Below, piece by piece: positions 1-7,293 of a stretch of 64,000 nucleotides of DNA (its first letter is position 1; each line of letters starts with the position of its first letter). The position numbers were made by a program, and so were the translations under genes. Below the pieces are notes generated by a model. The model was not told the DNA's origin. It did not search any database and saw only the letters and a program-made list of their open reading frames with translations. The stretch is taken from the IMG/VR virus record IMGVR_UViG_3300042261_002385, positions 62,001 to 126,000 of that record; one strand, written 5' to 3'.

Positions 1-357
1 TGGTCTAACTGTCCTCCAGGATTAATCAACAATGCGATAAGTGTTGTTTACACTTCACAAGCTGGATGTCCTTCACCAGCTGTCAATTTGAATGTTTTGA
101 TATACCAAGTCATACCAACTATAACACCTATTGGTCCTTTCTGTGTAACTGATCCTTGTGTTGCACTATCTGGATTACCAGCTGGTGGGACATGGACCGG
201 AAATGGTGTTGTAAATGGTCAGTTCTGTCCTGGACAAGCTGGTCCAGGAGCTGCTACAATCACCTATACTTATACTAACAGTGGTTGTTCATTTACAGCA
301 ACTACAAATACAGGTGTCTCTCCACAACCTACATTGACACCAATACAACACAATTAA
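1..357 (+). CDS. 5'-truncated Ig-like/PKD-like repeat surface protein
   Basis: Frame is open from base 1. PxGGTWTGNGV..FCP..AGPG...ITYTYTNSGC module is typical of Bacteroidota adhesin repeats. Confidence 0.6.
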   Translation, partial: WSNCPPGLINNAISVVYTSQAGCPSPAVNLNVLIYQVIPTITPIGPFCVTDPCVALSGLPAGGTWTGNGVVNGQFCPGQAGPGAATITYTYTNSGCSFTATTNTGVSPQPTLTPIQHN

Positions 358-364
358 AAATTAT

Positions 365-934
365 ATGAAACTATTTTTATTTTTGTTCTTACTTATTAGT
401 CTAAATGTTTTTAGTCAACACTCGTTTGAAATATGTGAAAATTCAAATACGTTTACATATTCAACCACAATTGACTTAAACGGAACAGTAGAATGGTTTT
501 TAAACGGTAGTTCAATTGGTCAGGGTCTTTCAATTGATATCACATATGATGAACCTGGAGAATTTCAATTAGTAGCAATGGGTTATAACGATTTAGGTTG
601 TCCAGGAACACCACAAGTTTTAGATATTATAGTTACTCAATGTGATCCACTTATTTATTGGGTTCCTAATTCATTCACACCTGATGGAAATGAATTTAAT
701 CAAACTTGGGGTCCTATATTGACAAGCGGTATTTCAGTTAATAATTTTTCACTAACAATTTATAATAGATGGGGAGCTATCATCTGGGAGTCCAAAGATG
801 TCAATACTAAATGGGATGGAACATATGGAGGTTTTTTAGTTCCAGATGGAACATACTCTTGGATTATGAAATTAGATATGATAGACAATGATGGTAAAAA
901 ATTAATTACCGGTCACGTTACAATCGTTAGATAA
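365..934 (+). CDS. Secreted protein with gliding-motility-associated C-terminal (T9SS type B sorting) domain
   Basis: N-terminal signal peptide; C-terminal VPNSFTPDGN..N..W...IYNRWG..IWES...WDGTY.G..VPDGTY...GHVTIVR. Confidence 0.85.
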   Translation: MKLFLFLFLLISLNVFSQHSFEICENSNTFTYSTTIDLNGTVEWFLNGSSIGQGLSIDITYDEPGEFQLVAMGYNDLGCPGTPQVLDIIVTQCDPLIYWVPNSFTPDGNEFNQTWGPILTSGISVNNFSLTIYNRWGAIIWESKDVNTKWDGTYGGFLVPDGTYSWIMKLDMIDNDGKKLITGHVTIVR

Positions 935-935
935 G

Positions 936-1005
936 TGCCGTGTATGAGGTTCGAACTCACTTAGCCCACCTTATGAGAGTAGGTTCTTTTCCACTAAGCC
1001 ACGGC
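936..1005 (-). tRNA. tRNA-Met/Ile2 (CAT), possibly degenerate
   Basis: GCCGTG/CACGGC acceptor, CTACT-CTCATAA-GGTGG anticodon arm, GTGAG-TTCGAAC-CTCAT T arm; positions 7-9 appear missing. Confidence 0.6.
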
Positions 1006-1011
1006 TTTTAT

Positions 1012-1338
1012 TTAATGACTATGTATTACATTTTCTATTTTCTCATACAGTTTTATTTTCGGTAATACACCAACTTGTCTATCAACTACTTCACCATTTT
1101 TAAAAAAGATTATTGTAGGAATTCCTCTTACCCCATATTTATCAGGACTGATTGGATTCTCATCAATGTTTACTTTATAAACCACAATTTTTTCTTCTAA
1201 ATCATTTGAAGCTTCTTCTAATGCTGGAGCTAATGCTTTACAAGGATTACACCAATCGGCCCAAAAATCGACTAAAATTAATTTATCTGAACTTTTAATT
1301 ATATCTTGAAAGTTATCATCTGTTATACTTGCTACCAT
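1012..1338 (-). CDS. trxA: Thioredoxin
   Basis: DFWADWCNPCK active site, GIPT motif. Confidence 0.92.
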   Translation of the reverse strand: MVASITDDNFQDIIKSSDKLILVDFWADWCNPCKALAPALEEASNDLEEKIVVYKVNIDENPISPDKYGVRGIPTIIFFKNGEVVDRQVGVLPKIKLYEKIENVIHSH

Positions 1339-1369
1339 ATCTAAATTTTTTCTTTTATATATTTAATTT

Positions 1370-1458
1370 TGGTACTTCTGGTCGGACTCGAACCGACACG
1401 GACACAATGTCCAAGGGATTTTAAGTCCCTCGCGTGCTACCAATTTCGCCACAGAAGC
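1370..1458 (-). tRNA. tRNA-Leu (TAA)
   Basis: AGGGA-CTTAAAA-TCCCT arm, long variable arm, encoded CCA. Confidence 0.93.
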
Positions 1459-1464
1459 TTGTTG

Positions 1465-1547
1465 TACCCTGGGAGAGACTCGAACTCTCACGCCTTTCGG
1501 CACCAGATCCTAAATCTGGCGTGTGCTACCAATTTCACCACCAAGGT
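1465..1547 (-). tRNA. tRNA-Leu (TAG)
   Basis: CCAGA-TTTAGGA-TCTGG arm, long variable arm. Confidence 0.93.
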
Positions 1548-1557
1548 AAGTAATTTG

Positions 1558-1631
1558 AGCATCCTGCCAGATTCGAACTGGCGTCTCTGGGTTACAAATC
1601 CAGAATAATTGACCAACTATACGAAGGATGC
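1558..1631 (-). tRNA. tRNA-Thr (TGT)
   Basis: GCATCCT/AGGATGC acceptor; CTGGA-TTTGTAA-CCCAG arm. Confidence 0.85.
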
Positions 1632-1638
1632 AATTTTG

Positions 1639-1712
1639 AGACACTGGTCGGATTCGAACCGACATACCACAGTTTTGCAGACTGGGACCTAAAGCCATTC
1701 AGACACAGTGTC
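1639..1712 (-). tRNA. tRNA-Cys (GCA)
   Basis: CAGT-CTGCAAA-ACTG arm, U73. Confidence 0.9.
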
Positions 1713-1718
1713 GTTTTG

Positions 1719-1793
1719 TTGGAATGATAGGACTTGAACCTACGACCTCCACGGTATCAGCGTGGCGCTCTCGACCAACTGAGCTACATTCCA
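1719..1793 (-). tRNA. tRNA-Ile (GAT)
   Basis: CCACG-CTGATAC-CGTGG arm. Confidence 0.92.
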
Positions 1794-1800
1794 ATTTTTG

Positions 1801-1865
1801 AGGTCAGTATGGGTCTCGAACCCATGACTCGCTTGCGTCCCACTATGAAGCCTTTTATAGTGACC
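1801..1865 (-). ncRNA. Short tRNA-like RNA or pseudo-tRNA without a recognisable anticodon arm
   Basis: GGTCA/TGACC acceptor and ATGGG-TTCGAGA-CCCAT T arm intact; middle part is not a cloverleaf. Confidence 0.5.
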
Positions 1866-1874
1866 AACCATTTG

Positions 1875-1945
1875 TACCCCGAAGTGGGTTCGAACCACTG
1901 CCATCTCCATGTAAAAGAGATACGCTACCATTACGCCATCGGGGC
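1875..1945 (-). tRNA. tRNA-Val (TAC)
   Basis: TCTCT-TTTACAT-GGAGA arm. Confidence 0.9.
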
Positions 1946-1953
1946 TTTTTTTG

Positions 1954-2025
1954 CGGACTGAGAGAATTACGATATCTCGACCTCAACCTTAACAGGGTTT
2001 TGCTCTGCCTCTGAGCTACCAGTCC
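1954..2025 (-). tRNA. tRNA-Asn (GTT), atypical T loop ATCGTAA
   Basis: AACC-CTGTTAA-GGTT arm, G73. Confidence 0.85.
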
Positions 2026-2030
2026 TTTTG

Positions 2031-2112
2031 TACCGAGAGAGAGACTCGAACTCTCACGCCTTTCGAACACCGGCTTCTTAGACCGGCGTGTCTACCATTC
2101 CACCACCTCGGC
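2031..2112 (-). tRNA. tRNA-Leu (AAG)
   Basis: CCGGT-CTAAGAA-GCCGG arm, long variable arm, A73. Confidence 0.9.
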
Positions 2113-2121
2113 ATTTATTCG

Positions 2122-2194
2122 TAGCTCCTACTGGATTCGAACCAGTATCTTCGCTTTAGAAGAGCGACGTCCTGTCCAATTGAACGAAGGAGCC
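2122..2194 (-). tRNA. tRNA-Arg (TCT)
   Basis: TCGCT-CTTCTAA-AGCGA arm. Confidence 0.9.
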
Positions 2195-2205
2195 ATATTA
2201 TTTTG

Positions 2206-2290
2206 TCGGTAGAGTGGGATTTGAACCCACGTCGTGATTTCTCACCTAGTGTATCAGACTAGTCCCTGAAGACCGCTCGGGTATCTACCG
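2206..2290 (-). tRNA. tRNA with Ile (GAT) anticodon and a long variable arm
   Basis: CGGTAGA/TCTACCG acceptor; CTAGT-CTGATAC-ACTAG arm; GTGA-GAAA-TCAC variable arm. Confidence 0.85.
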
Positions 2291-2824
2291 TAATCTTTCT
2301 AACCTTTTTTCTTCTTCTATATTATAATGTATTTCCCCATGGCAATTTCTACACACTAAAATACATTTATCAACTTCATTTTTTAATTTTTCAAAAGAAT
2401 GAGTTTTCCCACTTACTGAAAAATCTTTTTCTTTTGGGTTTCTATGATGAAATTCTAAAGATGATATACATTTATTATATCCACATAATTCACATTCACC
2501 ACCTTTATATTCAACTAGTCTAATCTTAACTCTTCTTCTCCATTCAATTACACTTTGAGAATTAGATTTTGATTCACTATAACTTCTATCTTTATACTTT
2601 TTGACAGTACTTATAGAAACGTTAAACTTTTCTGAAGCTTCTTTTATTGTATGTGTTTTACAATAGTTTTTTAACTCTTCTATATCAAATCTTCTTTCAG
2701 AATTTAATCCATATCTTTTACAATGATAACTAATTGTTGATTTTGATATGTTTAATTCTTTTTTTATTTCATCATAACTTTTACCTTCTTTTCTTAATTT
2801 TATTACTTTATCTTTAGTTTCCAT
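2285..2824 (-). CDS. HTH-containing HNH endonuclease (free-standing homing endonuclease-like)
   Basis: Two HTH-like segments, then CELCG...LEFHH...CILVCRNCHGEIH. Confidence 0.8.
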   Translation of the reverse strand: METKDKVIKLRKEGKSYDEIKKELNISKSTISYHCKRYGLNSERRFDIEELKNYCKTHTIKEASEKFNVSISTVKKYKDRSYSESKSNSQSVIEWRRRVKIRLVEYKGGECELCGYNKCISSLEFHHRNPKEKDFSVSGKTHSFEKLKNEVDKCILVCRNCHGEIHYNIEEEKRLERLR

Positions 2825-2888
2825 AGGTCTTAATTATTTTATGTTAAATATTAAAAATTAAAACCTTTTTAACCAAAGTGGTTAATTG

Positions 2889-2963
2889 CGGACTTGATAG
2901 GATTCGAACCTACTATCTTCTGCTTAACAGGCAGTAGCTTATGACCACTTAAGCTTCAAGTCC
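2889..2963 (-). tRNA. tRNA-Asn (GTT)
   Basis: CTGC-CTGTTAA-GCAG arm, G73. Confidence 0.9.
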
Positions 2964-2984
2964 TTTTATTAACTATATCAAAAC

Positions 2985-3015
2985 AAAAAACCCTCAGATT
3001 TTCATCTGAGGGTTC
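2985..3015 (-). terminator. Intrinsic terminator (attenuator 1) upstream of tRNA cluster 1
   Basis: GAACCCTCAGAT-GAAA-ATCTGAGGGTTT followed by a U tract. Confidence 0.9.
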
Positions 3016-3045
3016 GTGTTATATTTAGTTATTATACGTCACATT

Positions 3046-3159
3046 TTACGAGACAAATTTTCTAAATAGATAGGAACCCTCAGAAGGTCTAATATTACAT
3101 AACGTAATATTCACCACATTGAGTGTCAGGTTCATCATATTTGTCGTATTTGTTCTCAT
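3046..3159 (-). CDS. Leader peptide 1, MRTNTTNMMNLTLNVVNITLCNIRPSEGSYLFRKFVS
   Basis: 37-aa ORF; first 24 codons use only the amino acids of the cluster-1 tRNAs; contains TCTGAGGGTTC, complementary to the terminator 5' arm. Confidence 0.85.
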   Translation of the reverse strand: MRTNTTNMMNLTLNVVNITLCNIRPSEGSYLFRKFVS

Positions 3160-3216
3160 TGTTGTTATATATTATAAATTATTAGTCTCTTTTGACTTTT
3201 TTGTCATTATTTTATA

Positions 3217-3248
3217 CAAATTTAAATAAAAGTTTTAATTCTACCAAA
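3217..3248 (-). promoter_or_regulatory. Bacteroidota-type housekeeping promoter
   Basis: TTTG-N20-TAAATTTG upstream of leader 1. Confidence 0.75.
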
Positions 3249-3259
3249 TTTAATCTAAA

Positions 3260-4615
3260 TTATTTTACTGGTGTCTCAGTTTTTTCACCAGGCTTAGCAA
3301 CTTCTGGTTTTTCACCAGGTTTCACAGGTGTCTGTTCTACAGGTTTTTCACCAGGCTTAGTCTCACTTTCTTTATGACCAGGTTTCAAATGATGAATTGT
3401 GTGATAAACGTGATAAATAGCAAATCCTATAGCAGCAACTGTAAGTAAAACTTTTATTGTTTTTCCAATTGGATCAGTCTCAGCATACAAATTAAAAGCG
3501 GCTAAAAACCATTTTTTCATATCCATAGCTGCTTCCATTCCCGGAAAAGGTGTAGCTCCTACAAGTAAACAAACATCACCAACTATACCAACTAAAGCAC
3601 CTACAATAGCACCTAAAGCTACAAATTTGAATGGACCGGGTCCACCAGCCCATTTAGATATCTTAGAAACAAAAGTAAGAGAAGCGTTTGTAACAACTTC
3701 ACCTACTAGTTCTGCAACTTTAACAATCAGTCCAAAAAAAGAAGATAAAACTCTAAGAATAAGTCTTCCCCACCATATTAGTTTTTTTCCAGTAGTTACC
3801 TCAGCATCTGGACTTTTTTCAATAAAACTCTTAAACCAATCAAGTAAAGAGTCGAATGCTGAAGACTTAACAGCCTTCACAACCTCACCTTCTTTAAGTA
3901 GTTGATAATCATAAAAATGTTTGATTAAATCATCACTCTCCGTATGTTCAATATATGATGAACTTTCTTCTACCTGATTCTCTGTCTCTTGTAGTTCTTT
4001 AAGTGTGGTTGATTCTATATTTCCTTCTCCAGATTGTAATGTAGCTGAAACTTTATTACCTAAATTAGGATTTATTTGGTTAGATTGTAATGCATCTTTT
4101 TTTTCATCACCAGTTCTTAAAAAGTTAAAAACACTTTTCAAATTCGGAATTTCTTGTTCAACTGTTTTCTTATCAGTAGATTCAATTTTTTTAGCTATAG
4201 CATCTTTTTTATCAACAGATAGCTTCTTTCCAAGATTAAGAGCTCCATTTAACATCCCCAAGAAAACATTCTTACAAAAAGTCATGATACCTTTTACAAA
4301 CCAAGAAATACCATCAATAATTTTCTTAACACGCTCTTTAAATGAATTTACAAATTTCTCTCCTTTATCTTTGACATAAGCAACTGCTTTATCTAAAAAC
4401 TGCCATTCTTCTTTTAATAGGTTGAATTTGGATTCTAAAAGTTCATTTTGGATAAACTTTTTTTCAGTATTATCAAAAATTTCAGATTTTAAACATAAAT
4501 TCCAAAAATTATCTGACAGTTCTTCATAAATTTGACCTTTTATTATAGAAGCCTGTTTATTTGCATGTTTTTTTTGTTCTTTAACAAAAGATTTATAATT
4601 TCTTACATAACTCAT
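3260..4615 (-). CDS. Hypothetical membrane protein with C-terminal KPGEKP repeats
   Basis: Long ORF with hydrophobic C-terminal helices; ATG at 4615 preferred. Confidence 0.7.
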   Translation of the reverse strand: MSYVRNYKSFVKEQKKHANKQASIIKGQIYEELSDNFWNLCLKSEIFDNTEKKFIQNELLESKFNLLKEEWQFLDKAVAYVKDKGEKFVNSFKERVKKIIDGISWFVKGIMTFCKNVFLGMLNGALNLGKKLSVDKKDAIAKKIESTDKKTVEQEIPNLKSVFNFLRTGDEKKDALQSNQINPNLGNKVSATLQSGEGNIESTTLKELQETENQVEESSSYIEHTESDDLIKHFYDYQLLKEGEVVKAVKSSAFDSLLDWFKSFIEKSPDAEVTTGKKLIWWGRLILRVLSSFFGLIVKVAELVGEVVTNASLTFVSKISKWAGGPGPFKFVALGAIVGALVGIVGDVCLLVGATPFPGMEAAMDMKKWFLAAFNLYAETDPIGKTIKVLLTVAAIGFAIYHVYHTIHHLKPGHKESETKPGEKPVEQTPVKPGEKPEVAKPGEKTETPVK

Positions 4616-4653
4616 ATTTGTAAACAACTTTTTGTTATATATTAAATACCCGA

Positions 4654-4818
4654 TTTATTTTTCTGAGCCTTTAATAATTTCCAATTCTCAACATCTCTTT
4701 CCATAAACTTTCTTATCCTTTTAGAGAAATTCATTGAGTTTTCATCACAAAATTGTTTATATTCTTCTAATAATTTTTCAGGGATTCTAATTGAAATCAT
4801 TTTATCTTTGGTTGCCAT
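4654..4818 (-). CDS. Ribbon-helix-helix (CopG/Arc-like) DNA-binding protein, 54 aa (absent from the ORF track)
   Basis: MATKDKMISIRIPEKLLEEYKQFCDENSMNFSKRIRKFMERDV...: beta strand ISIRI plus two helices. Confidence 0.75.
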
Positions 4819-4866
4819 AAATTATACATTTTTATACATATATATCTTTGTATGGACATTCCCTCA

Positions 4867-5421
4867 CTAAATATCTCTCAAAAAGTTAAAATCGGTTATA
4901 TCAAGTTTTAATCCTATGTTAAATCTGTTGAAAAAATCAACTAGTTTTTGTAGACTTTTATCTTCGATAGCAAAAATCGTATGTGTTGGATCGAATTTCG
5001 AATTATAACTTGTGTCTTGTATAACATGAACGCCTTTTCTACTTATAGAAAACTCAGACGCCATCATATCTCCAAATGTTATATCAACATCTAATCTCAT
5101 ATTTGGTATGTAACTACCAGGACTTCTATCATAGTCAAAAGTTCCTGATTTTATCACAGTAGTCTGGTCAATATGTTGTTCACCAGAATCATCTTTGACT
5201 AGATAAATATCAATTTCTAAAGTATCAGGAGCTAACCATCTGTTTATATCATAAGAGATTTGTAACATATCAGAGTTCAACATTACATTTCCTTTCTTAT
5301 ATTCCAATCTATCAATTCCATATTCCTCACCTTTCAAAACAACAATTGTTTCAGGTAATAAAACTTCCCATTTAGGATCATAAATACTAATATTCTCATT
5401 GAATCTACGAAGATATTTCAT
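4867..5421 (-). CDS. Hypothetical phage protein
   Basis: ORF with MKYLRRFNE N-terminus. Confidence 0.7.
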   Translation of the reverse strand: MKYLRRFNENISIYDPKWEVLLPETIVVLKGEEYGIDRLEYKKGNVMLNSDMLQISYDINRWLAPDTLEIDIYLVKDDSGEQHIDQTTVIKSGTFDYDRSPGSYIPNMRLDVDITFGDMMASEFSISRKGVHVIQDTSYNSKFDPTHTIFAIEDKSLQKLVDFFNRFNIGLKLDITDFNFLRDI

Positions 5422-5425
5422 TGCA

Positions 5426-6163
5426 TTATTTTAATTTTATCAAAATTGGTAAATGGTCAGAAAGAGAATTTCTATTTCCTTTGTAAGGATAAACTAAAAC
5501 TTTGCTCTCGACAATTGTGTACTTTTTTTCAACAAAAAAATGATCATAATTATTTTCTGAAACAGAACCATCTCTTTTAAGAGACGTTCCTAAACCACAT
5601 AGTGGTGAATTAAAGTTTTTTAACATAGGAACATAAACTAGATGTTTACAGCTTAAATTGAAGTCTCCACAAATCAAACCATCGGTATATTGATATAATT
5701 TAGAAACTTCGTTTTGAGGAGTTTTGCTTGTTGGAACCAAATGAACTTCTCTAATCACTAAGTCTTTTTTATTAATTTTGAAAGACGCCACAAAAGGTTC
5801 TCTATCAATTGAGTCCTGTAAAGAAGCATCTAATTTAGAATAATTTAATGTTATTGATTTTCTATAAAGATAAGCATATCTTTCAGCACCTTCCCCTGTA
5901 GTTCTTGGTGAAATTACATAATTATAATCTAATATTTTTGCCATTTTCATAATACAAGAGTCACCATAAGGACCAGTGATGACCTCTTGAATAGCTACTA
6001 TGTCAGCACCTGATGATTTAATTACAGTTGTTAATCCAGTAATGACCGAATCTCTTTTAAATTTAGTTTCACCTAAATTTTGTATGTTCCAAGAAAGGAT
6101 TGTTTGTGAATAAGATATGTATGATAATAAGATAATTATAAATAAGAAAATGTTTTTCATCAA
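5426..6163 (-). CDS. Secreted endonuclease/exonuclease/phosphatase (DNase I-like)
   Basis: Signal peptide; SWNI, AIQEV, GDFN, YDH, SDHLP motifs. Confidence 0.9.
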   Translation of the reverse strand: MMKNIFLFIIILLSYISYSQTILSWNIQNLGETKFKRDSVITGLTTVIKSSGADIVAIQEVITGPYGDSCIMKMAKILDYNYVISPRTTGEGAERYAYLYRKSITLNYSKLDASLQDSIDREPFVASFKINKKDLVIREVHLVPTSKTPQNEVSKLYQYTDGLICGDFNLSCKHLVYVPMLKNFNSPLCGLGTSLKRDGSVSENNYDHFFVEKKYTIVESKVLVYPYKGNRNSLSDHLPILIKLK

Positions 6164-6176
6164 AAGTGTTTTCTTT

Positions 6177-6332
6177 CTATTTATTAATTTTCACATTTGA
6201 TTTTAATTTTCTTTTTAATCTTTTTATCATTTTAACTATTAAATCTTCTTTATCTTTTTTGTCTGATTCCAAATATCTAAAATTTCCTTTACTACTTTTA
6301 ATCTCACCTGTTATTATTACTCTTTCTTCCAT
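6177..6332 (-). CDS. Small hypothetical protein (51 aa)
   Basis: ATG-to-TAG ORF filling the gap in a minus-strand run. Confidence 0.5.
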   Translation of the reverse strand: MEERVIITGEIKSSKGNFRYLESDKKDKEDLIVKMIKRLKRKLKSNVKINK

Positions 6333-6347
6333 CTCATTAAATTTTTT

Positions 6348-6530
6348 TTATATAAAACCTTTTATTGTATTATTTTCTATTCTGAACACTACAAAATCTT
6401 CTAATTTACATTTGTTTAAAATGTCACTTTGGTCTAATACCTTACCCTGAGGAAAAGCAGTAAGTGAACCATCAACATTTTTGTAGATGATATAAAGCTT
6501 ACTATCTGATTTTCTTTTAAAGATTGTCAT
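6348..6530 (-). CDS. Small hypothetical protein
   Basis: ORF track. Confidence 0.55.
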   Translation of the reverse strand: MTIFKRKSDSKLYIIYKNVDGSLTAFPQGKVLDQSDILNKCKLEDFVVFRIENNTIKGFI

Positions 6531-6547
6531 TCATTATATTATTTTTG

Positions 6548-6620
6548 AGCGAGAGATGAGGTTCGAACTCACGACCCCCACCTTGGCAAGGTGGCGCTCT
6601 ACCAGCTGAGCTACTCTCGC
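6548..6620 (-). tRNA. tRNA-Gly (GCC)
   Basis: CCACC-TTGCCAA-GGTGG arm, U73. Confidence 0.93.
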
Positions 6621-6630
6621 TTATTTGATG

Positions 6631-6706
6631 TGGACCAGATGGGAATCGAACCCACCACACCTACCTTGCAAGGGTAAGTCGCCGAAGCCTTGGAACATGC
6701 TAGCCC
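6631..6706 (-). tRNA. tRNA-Ala (TGC)
   Basis: G3:U70 pair; TTACC-CTTGCAA-GGTAG arm; atypical D arm. Confidence 0.88.
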
Positions 6707-6710
6707 GTAG

Positions 6711-6782
6711 TGCGGGTAACCAGAATCGAACTGACATCACCGACTTGGAAGGCCGGTGTAATAACCATTATACGATACCCGC
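6711..6782 (-). tRNA. tRNA-Gly (TCC)
   Basis: CCGGC-CTTCCAA-GTCGG arm. Confidence 0.92.
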
Positions 6783-6793
6783 ATGTATTTCTG

Positions 6794-6874
6794 TCGGCAA
6801 GGTGGGATTCGAACCCACGTTTTCAACTTCCCGCTACGTGTATAGAATGTATAAGATTCCAACGGTACTTGCCG
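6794..6874 (-). tRNA. Non-canonical tRNA-like RNA with a TAT (Ile AUA) anticodon-like loop
   Basis: Perfect CGGCAAG/CTTGCCG acceptor and T arm; GGAAT-CTTATAC-ATTCT hairpin sits where the D arm should be. Confidence 0.6.
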
Positions 6875-6875
6875 A

Positions 6876-6909
6876 AATAAAAAAACCCAGTCCTTTTGAG
6901 ACTGGGTTT
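6876..6909 (-). terminator. Intrinsic terminator (attenuator 2)
   Basis: AAACCCAGTCT-CAAAA-GGACTGGGTTT plus U tract, directly upstream of cluster 2. Confidence 0.88.
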
Positions 6910-6930
6910 ATAAATATGTAAAGTCAAATA

Positions 6931-7014
6931 TTACATAACATAACTCAGTCTATAGACTTGACGCCCCGCGCCTGTCGCTATAAATCCAACTGATATGTTT
7001 GTAAAATTTTTCAT
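6931..7014 (-). CDS. Leader peptide 2, MKNFTNISVGFIATGAGRQVYRLSYVM
   Basis: ATA, GGA, ATA, GCG, GGC, GCG, GGG control codons; AGACTGAGTT antiterminator. Confidence 0.78.
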   Translation of the reverse strand: MKNFTNISVGFIATGAGRQVYRLSYVM

Positions 7015-7067
7015 TGTTTCTATTATATTTGTTATATATAAAAAGTTTTATTTCTTCTTTTATTTTG

Positions 7068-7150
7068 TTGGAAGGGAGGGATTCGAACCCCCGTACTCGT
7101 AAGAGAACAGATTTACAGTCTGTCGGTTTTAGCCACTCACCCACCTTCCA
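7068..7150 (-). tRNA. tRNA-Tyr (GTA)
   Basis: ACAGA-CTGTAAA-TCTGT arm, long variable arm. Confidence 0.93.
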
Positions 7151-7161
7151 ATAAAGCTTTG

Positions 7162-7233
7162 TAGTCCATACGGGAATCGAACCCGTCTCTCCACCGTGAA
7201 AGGGTGGTGTCCTAGCCGATAGACGAATGGACC
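7162..7233 (-). tRNA. tRNA-Glu (TTC)
   Basis: CCACC-CTTTCAC-GGTGG arm. Confidence 0.93.
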
Positions 7234-7252
7234 GTTTATCTGTTTTGTTTTA

Positions 7253-7284
7253 CAAAGATAAGGTAACTTTTCTAATCTACCAAA
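7253..7284 (-). promoter_or_regulatory. Bacteroidota-type promoter between attenuator 3 and tRNA-Glu
   Basis: TTTG-N20-TATCTTTG. Confidence 0.7.
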
Positions 7285-7293
7285 TCTTTAAAT

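Noticed and set aside
1369-2070. ORF-track ORFs at 1369, 1510, 1734, 1740 and 1855
   Set aside because: They overlap tRNA genes and are artefacts of GC-rich RNA sequence. The same applies to ORFs at 6625, 6950, 12312, 13267 and 13334.
2122-2194. Possible amber suppressor (CTA in the loop)
   Set aside because: The 5-bp stem fixes the loop as CTTCTAA, so the anticodon is TCT (Arg); leader 1 also uses AGA.
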